Origin: Candidatus Palauibacter soopunensis
GTDB lineage: Bacteria > Gemmatimonadota > Gemmatimonadetes > Palauibacterales > Palauibacteraceae
DNA length: 64,000 nt
Reading direction: 5' to 3'
Assembly (NCBI RefSeq): GCF_947581735.1
Contig: NZ_CANPVT010000002.1
Location: 522,144 to 586,143 of the forward strand
The notes under the pieces were generated by a model. It was not told where the DNA came from. It saw only the letters and a program-made list of their open reading frames with translations, and ran no database searches. The position numbers and the translations under genes are program-made. Each line of letters opens with the position of its first letter. Within the stretch, counting starts at the first letter, position 1. This document shows, one piece after another, positions 18,883-26,972 of the stretch.

Positions 18883-19998
18883 ATGGGTGCCTCGATCAGC
18901 AGCCTCGCGCAGAACGGCGACGCCCTGACGGCGGTCTGGAGCGACGGCGAACGCACCGATCTCCCCTACCTCTGGCTGCGCGACAACTGCGGCTGCGGAG
19001 AGTGCTGCGTCGAGCAGACCACGGAGAAGCGCTTCCACGTCTTCCGCGTCCCCAGCGACCTGAAGCCGTCGACGGTCGATATCGAAGGCGCCGGATCCGA
19101 CGACGAGGCGATTTCCATCGCCTGGCCGGACGGACACCGCACGCGCCACCGGTCGAGCGACATCCACGGCCTCCTGAGCCGGCCTCGTCTCGAATTGCAG
19201 TACTGGGACGGACGGTTCGAGCCCCGGAGGTTCGACTACCAGCGGTTCCTGGCGGACGACAGCGCGGCGGCGGAACTGATCGAGGAGTTCCTGCGCACCG
19301 GGGTGTGCGTACTGGTCGCCGCTCCCACCGAACCGGATTCGTTGGAGGAGCTCGCCGTCCGTCTGGGCCCGGTCCGGGAGGTGCTGTTCGAGCGCATCCA
19401 CAACGTCAAGCTCGATCCGAAGGGCTACAACATCGCGCATACGGCTCTGGCCGTCGGGGCGCACAACGACTTCACCAGCTACACGTGGCCCCCGAGCGTG
19501 CAGGCGCTGCACATGCTGGTGAACGAGTGCGAGGGCGGCGCGTCGACCGTCGTGGACGGCTTCGGCCTGCTCGAGGCGCTCCGCCGGGAGCACCCCGATA
19601 AGTTCGACGCCCTGTGCTCGGTGCCGGTGCCGTTCCGGATCTTCAGCGACGAGTACGAGTGCTACGCGGCGAACCCCATGGTCGACCTCGACAGTGACGG
19701 GGAGATCAGGATGATCCGCTTCAACACGGCGCAGATGCAGGCCGTTTCCCTGTCGGAGCCCCGGCTGGGCGAGTTCTACGCCGCCTACCACGAGCTGTCG
19801 AGCCGCGTCAACGACCCCGGCGCCCAGGTGACCTTCCGGCTGGAGGGCGGCATGATCCTTCTGTGTGCCGGACACCGCGTCCTCCACGGCCGCACCGAGA
19901 TGGTATCGTCCGGCGCGCGCCACCTGCAGGACGCCTACTTCGAACACGACAACGTCCGCACCCACCTGCGGCTCCTCCGCCGCACCGGCCGCGCCTGA
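18883..19998 (+). CDS. gamma-butyrobetaine hydroxylase/TmpA-like Fe(II)/2-oxoglutarate dioxygenase with N-terminal DUF971 zinc domain
   Basis: 371 aa. CxCxxC...H zinc motif (LWLRDNCGCGECC...DGHRTRH), TauD-fold HxD (AHNDFT) and a distal His (HRVLHGRTE). Divergent from the HD oxygenase gene. Confidence 0.8.
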   Translation: MGASISSLAQNGDALTAVWSDGERTDLPYLWLRDNCGCGECCVEQTTEKRFHVFRVPSDLKPSTVDIEGAGSDDEAISIAWPDGHRTRHRSSDIHGLLSRPRLELQYWDGRFEPRRFDYQRFLADDSAAAELIEEFLRTGVCVLVAAPTEPDSLEELAVRLGPVREVLFERIHNVKLDPKGYNIAHTALAVGAHNDFTSYTWPPSVQALHMLVNECEGGASTVVDGFGLLEALRREHPDKFDALCSVPVPFRIFSDEYECYAANPMVDLDSDGEIRMIRFNTAQMQAVSLSEPRLGEFYAAYHELSSRVNDPGAQVTFRLEGGMILLCAGHRVLHGRTEMVSSGARHLQDAYFEHDNVRTHLRLLRRTGRA

Positions 19999-20031
19999 GA
20001 ACCGGGTCAGCCCAATGCACGGACCACGACC

Positions 20032-20988
20032 ATGCCGAAGGAGAGTCCCATGAAGAGCCTGGGCGATACGACGCGACGCGACTTCCTGTCTTCCCTCGCG
20101 GGTGCCGGCGCTGTGCTGGCTGCCCCGCGCGCCCTGTTCGGGAGTACGCCCCCGGTCCAGGAGACGCTTCCCACCCGTCCGATCCCGGGAACGGAGGAGA
20201 CGCTGCCCATTGTCGGCTTCGGCTCCTCGAAGCCCGTGCTCGAGATCCCGACCGAAGGGACGGAGCCCGTGGCGAACGTGATCCGCATGCTCCTCGAGCA
20301 TGGGGGCCGCGTCGTCGATACCTCGCCGCGCACGCCGGAGATCGACGCGGAGTTCGGCACGGTCCTGACGGCGCCGGAGTTCGGCGGCCGCCTCTTCGTC
20401 GCCACGAAGATCAACACGGACGGGGAAGCCGCGGGCATCGAGCAGATGCGGCAGAACCAGCGGCTCGTCGGCAGCCGCACCCTGGATTTGCTCGAGGTCG
20501 AGAGCATGCGCGACCTGGACGTGCACTGGCCCAACGTGCTCCGCTGGAAGGACTCGGGCGAGGCGCGCTACATCGGCGTCACCACGTCCAGCATCCCCCA
20601 GCACGAGGCGTTCGAGTCGTTCATGCGGACGCAGCCCCTCGACTTCGTGCAGGTCAACTACTCGGTGATGGAGCCGAACGCGGAGGATCGTCTCCTGCCG
20701 CTCGCGCAGGATCTCGGGCTCGCCGTCCTCATCAACCGTCCGTTCATGAACGGTACCTACTTCCCCCGCGTGAGCGGACACGAGCTGCCCGAATGGGCGG
20801 CCGAGTTCGACTGCGCGAGCTGGGCGCAGTTCTCCCTCAAGTACATCCTCGCCCACCCCGCCGTGACGTGCGCCCTCACGGAAACGACGAATCCGGATCA
20901 CATGGCGGAGAACATCGGCGCCGCCTTCGGCCGCCTCCCCGACGAGGCCACGAAGCGCCGCATGCGGGAGTTGGTCCAGGACTTCTGA
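20032..20988 (+). CDS. aldo/keto reductase family protein with Tat signal
   Basis: 318 aa. TRRDFLSSLAGAGAVLAAP twin-arginine signal and an AKR TIM-barrel body. 34 nt downstream of the dioxygenase on the same strand. Confidence 0.75.
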   Translation: MPKESPMKSLGDTTRRDFLSSLAGAGAVLAAPRALFGSTPPVQETLPTRPIPGTEETLPIVGFGSSKPVLEIPTEGTEPVANVIRMLLEHGGRVVDTSPRTPEIDAEFGTVLTAPEFGGRLFVATKINTDGEAAGIEQMRQNQRLVGSRTLDLLEVESMRDLDVHWPNVLRWKDSGEARYIGVTTSSIPQHEAFESFMRTQPLDFVQVNYSVMEPNAEDRLLPLAQDLGLAVLINRPFMNGTYFPRVSGHELPEWAAEFDCASWAQFSLKYILAHPAVTCALTETTNPDHMAENIGAAFGRLPDEATKRRMRELVQDF

Positions 20989-21002
20989 AGCCCTGGTCCC
21001 GT

Positions 21003-21965
21003 TCAGCGGTCGGCCAGGATCTCTCCCCCGCAAAGGACGAGTTCGTCGTCGATCCAGACTGTGGGAGTGCGGTTGACCGCATCGAAGTGGGTTTTGGCGG
21101 AGACGGTGCCGCCGAGGTTGGCGGAGGTGCCGATGCCGATGTGGACGGTGCCGTTCACGCCTTCGTCGTTGAGCATTTCGCCGGTGAACTCGGTGCAGGC
21201 CGGGTTCAGGCCGAAGGCGAACTGGGCGAGGTTGTAAACCCAGGGGTCGTCCTGTCGGGCCAGCAGGTCCGCGAGGAATTCGGCCTGGTCGCCGCCCTCG
21301 ATGTCGGTGACGAAGCCCTTCGAAATGCGGAAGGTCACGGGTTTGCGGATGGGACCCACGCCGTAGTAGGGGATGCTCCCGTCACACACGAACACGCCCT
21401 CGGCGGTGCCCTGCGCGGGGGCACAGTTCGCTTCGATGTTGGGAACGGCGGAGAAGCCGGGGCCGTCCAGCAGGCAGGCGTGGCTGTTCCCGGTCACGCC
21501 TTCGAGGCTAATGGTGAGATCGGTGCCGGCGGGGTTCGTCACCCGCAGGCGCTCGCCGGCGGTGAGCTTCGCCGCGATGGCGTCGCACAGCGGCTTGCGC
21601 GCGCGGAAGTCCGTGAACAGCCCGCCGTCGCGCATCATCCGCTCGGTGAACGCGGTCATGGACAGAACTCGGGCTCCGGCGCCTATGGCCTCGCGGACCG
21701 CGCGGGTGTGCGCCAGGGCCAGCGTCACGGGCAGGAAGGCGATGTCGGCGGCCGAGAGCGCCGCGGCCACGGCGGGTCCCGGCTCTTCGTTGTCGATCGA
21801 CCGCTCCGGCGGGGTCACGATGCTCGCGACGGCCCCGGCCTCAAGCGCGGCGTCGGCGACGGTCCGGGCGATCGTCATCCGCTCCGGATCCGTGACGATG
21901 ACCACGTCCTCGGCGGGCTGCACGTTGGCGCACGTCCGCACCAGGATCTCCGCGCCTCTCCTCAC
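21003..21965 (-). CDS. M29 aminopeptidase-like / NicX-like family protein (paralog A)
   Basis: 320 aa. N-terminal VQPAEDVVIVTDPERMTIARTVADAALEAGA matches the M29 (aminopeptidase T) pattern, but the length is short for AmpS. Confidence 0.5.
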   Translation of the reverse strand: MRRGAEILVRTCANVQPAEDVVIVTDPERMTIARTVADAALEAGAVASIVTPPERSIDNEEPGPAVAAALSAADIAFLPVTLALAHTRAVREAIGAGARVLSMTAFTERMMRDGGLFTDFRARKPLCDAIAAKLTAGERLRVTNPAGTDLTISLEGVTGNSHACLLDGPGFSAVPNIEANCAPAQGTAEGVFVCDGSIPYYGVGPIRKPVTFRISKGFVTDIEGGDQAEFLADLLARQDDPWVYNLAQFAFGLNPACTEFTGEMLNDEGVNGTVHIGIGTSANLGGTVSAKTHFDAVNRTPTVWIDDELVLCGGEILADR

Positions 21966-21978
21966 GATGGTTCCTGCT

Positions 21979-22941
21979 TCATACCAGCACCTGCTTGTCG
22001 CGCTGGACGACGCGGCAGTCGACGGCGATGGTCGGCTCCCACATCAGCAGGTCGTAGTGCGTCGGGGCCACGATTTCGCCTCCGAGGGTATGGCTGGTGC
22101 CGATGCCGATGTGGATCGTGCCCATGACGCCCTCGTCCTCGAGCATCTCTCCGGTGAGGCGGGCGTTCGGGTTCAGGCCGACGCCCAACTCGGCGACGTT
22201 GAAGCAGTGGGGGTCCTCGAAGGACTCCAGGTGCTCGCGCAGGAAGTCGGCCTGCGTCCCGCCGGTCATCTCCACGATGGCGCCTTCGCGCACGGAGCAG
22301 ACGATGGGCTCCTCGAGGATGCCGATGCCGAGGTAGGGGACCGAGGCGTCGAAGATGAGCGTGCCCTCCGCCGAACCGGTCACGGGCACGACGTTGACCT
22401 CGATGTCGGGGACCGGGGCCAGTTCGCCGGGTTCCGGGATGTTCGTGAGGACGTTCGCGACGCGACCCTCGATCCCGAAGCGGAGATCCGTTCCGCGCGG
22501 GGAAGTGAGCCGCACGGACTTGCCCTCCGTGAAGGCCGCGCCAAGGCGGCGGCAGACACCGGCCTGCGCCTCGAAGTCGGTCTCGAGCAGCGCGGGGCTG
22601 GTCATGATCGCGTCGGTGTACGCCGTCATCATGCAGACGCGCCCGCCCGCCTCCAGTGCGGCCCGCATCGCGCGCGTGTGGGTGATCGAGATGCGCACGG
22701 GGGAGAAAATCACGTCGGCCTCGGCCATAGCCCGGGCGACCGGAGAGGGCGGCTCCTGCCCGTCCTGATTCCGCATAGGAATAATGCACACGGTGACGTC
22801 GGCGCCGGCGTCGCGGGCGGCCGCGGCCACGGCATCCGCGTACCGCCGCATCGTCGGGTCGGTCACGATCACGACGACTTCACCCGGCTGGACGCGCCCG
22901 TTCACGTGCACGAGCCGCCGCGCGCCGGGCGAGAGATCCAT
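21979..22941 (-). CDS. M29 aminopeptidase-like / NicX-like family protein (paralog B)
   Basis: Tandem paralog of the previous gene (VQPGEVVVIVTDPTMRRYADAVAAAARDAGA). Start taken at M18 of ORF 21979..22992 (RBS gagg), which aligns with the paralog A start. Confidence 0.5.
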   Translation of the reverse strand: MDLSPGARRLVHVNGRVQPGEVVVIVTDPTMRRYADAVAAAARDAGADVTVCIIPMRNQDGQEPPSPVARAMAEADVIFSPVRISITHTRAMRAALEAGGRVCMMTAYTDAIMTSPALLETDFEAQAGVCRRLGAAFTEGKSVRLTSPRGTDLRFGIEGRVANVLTNIPEPGELAPVPDIEVNVVPVTGSAEGTLIFDASVPYLGIGILEEPIVCSVREGAIVEMTGGTQADFLREHLESFEDPHCFNVAELGVGLNPNARLTGEMLEDEGVMGTIHIGIGTSHTLGGEIVAPTHYDLLMWEPTIAVDCRVVQRDKQVLV

Positions 22942-22963
22942 CCCGGCCTCAGCCACGGCCCCG

Positions 22964-24172
22964 TCAGCCACGATCCCTCGCGAAAAACTCATCGAATCGA
23001 CCGTCGAAGATGATCGCGGTGTAGCCGTCTCCGGTCGTGTTCGTCGCGGTGCGCAGCATGTCGGGGATACCGCCGGAGAGCGCGATCCAGCTCGCGATGA
23101 ACTCGCCCTGAGCCTGACCTTCCAGTCCCAGCATGCTCGCGAACAGCGTCGCGCTCCACAGCGCCGTCCCCATGCCGGCCGGGAGCCCGGGAGCGGCGAT
23201 CGTGAACAGGACGACGGCGGGCCACGCGGCGAGCATCATCATCCAGCTCAATTCCAGGCCGAACACGTAGCTGACGACGAAGGGTCCGTACGCGACGTAG
23301 GCCAGCGCGCTCGCGTCCAGGTTCGCGACGGCGCCGAACGGGAGGACGAAGTCGGCCACCTCGTCGCGGACGCCGACCTTCTTCGCGTTGGCGAGGTTGA
23401 CCGGGAGCGTCGCCAGCGAGGAACACGTGCCCGCGGCGAAGACCGCGGTGGGCACGTAGTACTCACTCAACACGGGCCCCACGGGCCGGCGTCCGACCCT
23501 CCGGACGAGCACGAACGTGTAGAACGCCCACCAGATGAGGACGAGGGCGCCGGTGTAGGCGGCCATCGTGAGATAGTGGGAGAGCCCCAGGCTCGCGCCG
23601 AAGCGCACGCCCAGCGTGATCCCGAAGGCGAGGATGAGCGGGAGCATGACGTAGGCCAGCTTGCCGCCCGCCTTCTCGATCGAGTCGGCGACTCGTCGGA
23701 GTACGCGGTAGGTCGGATCGTGCCGGGCGCCGAAGGCTCCGAGCAGGACTCCGGCGAGGATCGCGAGCAGCGGCCAGGAGGCCCCGCCGTCGCCGAGGCT
23801 CCGCAGCATGGCCGCGGCTTCGGTCCATACGCCCCGGTCCCCCGTGGCCAGCGGGATGCGGAAGATCGTGGCGGAGGTCACGACGGCGATGAGTCCGGCG
23901 ACCGTCGACGTGAAGACGTACCACAGGACGACCGCGCCCGCGAAGCGCCCGGCGAGCCCGCGACGAATCAGGGTCGCGATGGCCGGGCTGAGGGCCGCGA
24001 GGATCAGCAGCGGCACGACGGCGACAACCCAGGCGATAAGCGTGCCCGTGGCGTCGGCCACCGGCGCCAGCGGCACGGGGAGGGACCCACCCGCAGCCAG
24101 CCCTCCCGCCAGCGCCAGGATCGTCCAGACGTACGCGGGGACGTTACGCCTCCGCCGCCCTCGGGCCCTCAC
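22964..24172 (-). CDS. dicarboxylate/amino acid:cation symporter (DAACS/SDF family)
   Basis: 402 aa polytopic protein with GTG start. Sodium:dicarboxylate symporter-family features. Confidence 0.75.
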   Translation of the reverse strand: MRARGRRRRNVPAYVWTILALAGGLAAGGSLPVPLAPVADATGTLIAWVVAVVPLLILAALSPAIATLIRRGLAGRFAGAVVLWYVFTSTVAGLIAVVTSATIFRIPLATGDRGVWTEAAAMLRSLGDGGASWPLLAILAGVLLGAFGARHDPTYRVLRRVADSIEKAGGKLAYVMLPLILAFGITLGVRFGASLGLSHYLTMAAYTGALVLIWWAFYTFVLVRRVGRRPVGPVLSEYYVPTAVFAAGTCSSLATLPVNLANAKKVGVRDEVADFVLPFGAVANLDASALAYVAYGPFVVSYVFGLELSWMMMLAAWPAVVLFTIAAPGLPAGMGTALWSATLFASMLGLEGQAQGEFIASWIALSGGIPDMLRTATNTTGDGYTAIIFDGRFDEFFARDRG

Positions 24173-24318
24173 TCCGTCGAGCGTCGGCGAATCCGGGCGC
24201 GCAACATCTCGAAGTAAAGCCTATCGACGGTGACGATGGGAGCGGACTCACCACCCTCGAGCAGGAGATCTCGAAGGAACTGACGGTCGGCAGGGAGCGA
24301 GATGTTGATCGTGTTCAT
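24169..24318 (-). CDS. small hypothetical ORF (49 aa) translationally coupled to the symporter
   Basis: MNTINISLPADRQFLRDLLLEGGESAPIVTVDRLYFEMLRARIRRRSTE. Its TGA overlaps the symporter GTG (GTGA). No clear RBS, no homology recognised. Confidence 0.3.
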   Translation of the reverse strand: MNTINISLPADRQFLRDLLLEGGESAPIVTVDRLYFEMLRARIRRRSTE

Positions 24319-24397
24319 AGGCGAAGCGTAGTGTCTTCAGGAAAAAGTTGGCAACGCCACGGTCAACCTGCATCACCCCGCTGAGCCCGGAGGCCCC

Positions 24398-25666
24398 ATG
24401 GATCGCCCGTCATCACCGCTCCCGCGCCGCCGCTTTCTCCACCTGACCGGCGCCGCCCTGGGCCTCGCCGCGACCTCCGGCTGCGCAACCGCCGGGAGGA
24501 CGCGCAGTACGGGGGCCGGCCTGCTGTCTGCCGGTGCAGCCACGGACCGCACCTGGACCCCCGAGCGCTTCGATCCGTGGATCGAACTCGACCGCGCCGC
24601 CTGGACCCAAAACGTCCGGGAGGCCGCGCGGCTCGCGAGCGGGCGCCCCATCCTCGCGGTCGTGAAGAACAATGCGTACGGCCTGGGCGACCGTGCGGTC
24701 GGGCCGCTCCTCGCCGGGATGCCCGAGGTGGGCGGCATCGCCTCCGTGCGCGTCGAGGAGGCGCTCGCCATGCGGGAGGAAGGCGTGACCAAGCCGATCG
24801 TGGTCATGGCCGAGGGATCCGAGGACGAGATCGAGGAGATGGCGAGGCACGACATCCTCCCGTCCGTGTGGCTGGACGATGCGCCCGCGCGGCTGCGGAG
24901 CGTGTCCAGGCGACTCGGCCGTCCCGTGCCCGTCCAGCTCTTCATCGATACGGGGATGAACCGCGAGGGCATGCCGTACACCCGCGCGCGCCGCTGGATC
25001 GAGGAGCTCGTGCAGAGCGAATACGTCGACGTGAACGGCACCTACACCATGTTCATTCACGATCTCGACTTCAACCGGGAGCAGCTCGCGCGCTTCGAGG
25101 AACTCCTCGCGTGGGCCCGCGGGAAGAACCTTCCCCTCGGCACCCTCCACGCTTCACCCTCCTTCGAGCTGTTCAACCTGCCCGAGGCGCACTACGACAT
25201 GGTGCGTCCCGGGAACGCGCTGTTCGGAAACCACCTCTCCGGTGGGGAGGGCGCCGGGGAGATGGCCGACCTCAGGCCCGTGTTTCGCATGAACGCGCGC
25301 GTGGTGCGGGTCGAACGCCTCGAGCCGGGTGACGGCGCGGGCTTCCGCCACACCTTCACCGCCGACCGGGCCACCTGGGTGGCGCTGCTGCCGGTCGGCC
25401 GCACCGACGGCTATCCGTCCGAGGCGAACGGGACCTGCGAGGTGCTGATCAACGGCCGCCTGTACCCGGTCGCCGGAGGGGTCAACTCCGCGCACACCAT
25501 TCTCGACATCGGTCCGGAGAAGACGGTCGAGGTCGGCGACGTCGCGACCCTCATCGGCCCCGACCATCCGTCCGTGCTTCCCCACACCGTCGCCGAACGG
25601 ACGGGCCGCGGCTTCCTCGGCATCATCCAGTTCATGAACCCCCGGCTCCCGAGACGGGTGGTGTAG
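24398..25666 (+). CDS. alanine racemase-family PLP enzyme with Tat/lipoprotein signal (periplasmic broad-spectrum racemase-like)
   Basis: 422 aa. RRRFLHLTGAALGLAATSGC signal. PLP-lysine block AVVKNNAYGLG and the alanine racemase C-terminal beta domain. Confidence 0.8.
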   Translation: MDRPSSPLPRRRFLHLTGAALGLAATSGCATAGRTRSTGAGLLSAGAATDRTWTPERFDPWIELDRAAWTQNVREAARLASGRPILAVVKNNAYGLGDRAVGPLLAGMPEVGGIASVRVEEALAMREEGVTKPIVVMAEGSEDEIEEMARHDILPSVWLDDAPARLRSVSRRLGRPVPVQLFIDTGMNREGMPYTRARRWIEELVQSEYVDVNGTYTMFIHDLDFNREQLARFEELLAWARGKNLPLGTLHASPSFELFNLPEAHYDMVRPGNALFGNHLSGGEGAGEMADLRPVFRMNARVVRVERLEPGDGAGFRHTFTADRATWVALLPVGRTDGYPSEANGTCEVLINGRLYPVAGGVNSAHTILDIGPEKTVEVGDVATLIGPDHPSVLPHTVAERTGRGFLGIIQFMNPRLPRRVV

Positions 25667-25679
25667 GCCCCGCTCCCGG

Positions 25680-26972
25680 TCAGCCGCAGCGCGCCGCGAT
25701 GGCCGCGATCGCGGCGTCGATCTCCTCGCGGGTGTTGAAGAAGTGGATCGAGAGGCGGAAGTCGCGCTCCTCCCGGACCGGAGAGGCGAGGATCCCCTCG
25801 TCTTCGCGCAGGTCGCCGTACAACTGCGTGGCGTCGCACCCCTCCGGGAGCTGGACCACGAACACGCCCGAGCGGTCCGCGTGCGCCCGCGGAGACGACA
25901 CGCCGAGTCCCTCGGTGGCGTCCACGACTTCGATCGCGTGGTCGACGAGCGACTGGATCCGCCCCTCGATCCTCTCCAGTCCAATGCCCTCCATCCACTC
26001 CACCGCGCGGGCGAAGCCGGCGAAGTCCGCGAGCGCGCGGGTGCCGAACTCGTACCTCGCGGCGCTGGGGAGCAGGGTGTAGGCACCCTCGTAGTCCATC
26101 GTCGCGTGGCTGTGGGAACCGGCCCAGCTGAGCTGCACGTGGTCCAGCATTTCGCGACGCACGAAGAGCGCGCCGGCGCCCTTGGGGCCGAGCAGCCACT
26201 TGTGGCCGCAGGTGGAATAGCCGTCGCAGCCGAGGGCGCGGAAGTCGGTCGCGACGCAGCCGGGGCCCTGTGCGCCGTCGAGGTGGTAGCGCACGCCGCG
26301 GGAGCGCAGCAGGTCGCCCAGTTCCGCGGACTCGTCGGTCCGCAGCGTTCGTCCGTTGTTCCGCGACACGTGGCTGATGCTCACCATCCGCGTGCGGTCG
26401 GAGAGTTGGCCGCGAACCTCGTCGATGAGTCCGGTTCCGGGATTCAGGTCGATCTCGCGGATCGCGATTCCGAACCGGTCGCGGAGGACGTACCACGGGA
26501 CGACGTTGGCGGGGTGCTCCGTGTTGGAGATCACGACCTCGTCGCCCGGCTCCCAGTTCAGGCTCCAGGCGAGGATGGAGATCCCCTCGGAGGTGCTGTG
26601 CGTGAGCGCGACCTCTTCCGTCGCGGCCCCGAATACGCGCCCCAACTGAGCCCGCAGGTCGGGCTCGATGCGGGCCATCTCGTCCGAGATGCGGGGCTCG
26701 GCCGGGCTCCTGTTCTGGAAAGCGAGCCGTTCATGGACGTGGTCGATAACAGCGTTCGGAGCGGGGCCGATCCCGCCCGTCTGGAAGTACAGGCTCTCCG
26801 TCGAGGCGGGGATCTCGGCGCGCGCGCGGGCCACCCAGGCCTCCTGCGGACGACCCGAATCAGCGGGCCGCGATGCCGGATCGGCCAGGGCGAGCCGCCC
26901 GACGGGCACGATCGGGGCCAGCGCCAGCGCGCCCGCGGACCGGCGGAGGAAGTGGCGTCGACTCGTGTTCAT
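25680..26972 (-). CDS. aminotransferase class V (cysteine desulfurase/isopenicillin-N epimerase-like) with Tat signal
   Basis: 430 aa from MNTSRRHFLRRSAGALALAPIV (residue 445 of track ORF 25680..28304, RBS gagga). PLP-lysine region GYSTCGHKWLLGPKGAGALF. Start overlaps the upstream permease stop (ATGA). Confidence 0.8.
   Translation of the reverse strand: MNTSRRHFLRRSAGALALAPIVPVGRLALADPASRPADSGRPQEAWVARARAEIPASTESLYFQTGGIGPAPNAVIDHVHERLAFQNRSPAEPRISDEMARIEPDLRAQLGRVFGAATEEVALTHSTSEGISILAWSLNWEPGDEVVISNTEHPANVVPWYVLRDRFGIAIREIDLNPGTGLIDEVRGQLSDRTRMVSISHVSRNNGRTLRTDESAELGDLLRSRGVRYHLDGAQGPGCVATDFRALGCDGYSTCGHKWLLGPKGAGALFVRREMLDHVQLSWAGSHSHATMDYEGAYTLLPSAARYEFGTRALADFAGFARAVEWMEGIGLERIEGRIQSLVDHAIEVVDATEGLGVSSPRAHADRSGVFVVQLPEGCDATQLYGDLREDEGILASPVREERDFRLSIHFFNTREEIDAAIAAIAARCG

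Noticed and set aside
19863-22127. 754-aa + strand ORF and other long + ORFs (21373..23013, 22784..24217) across the AKR, M29-like and symporter region
   Set aside because: Antisense or alternate frames of well-supported minus-strand genes. Low-complexity RGD-rich translations
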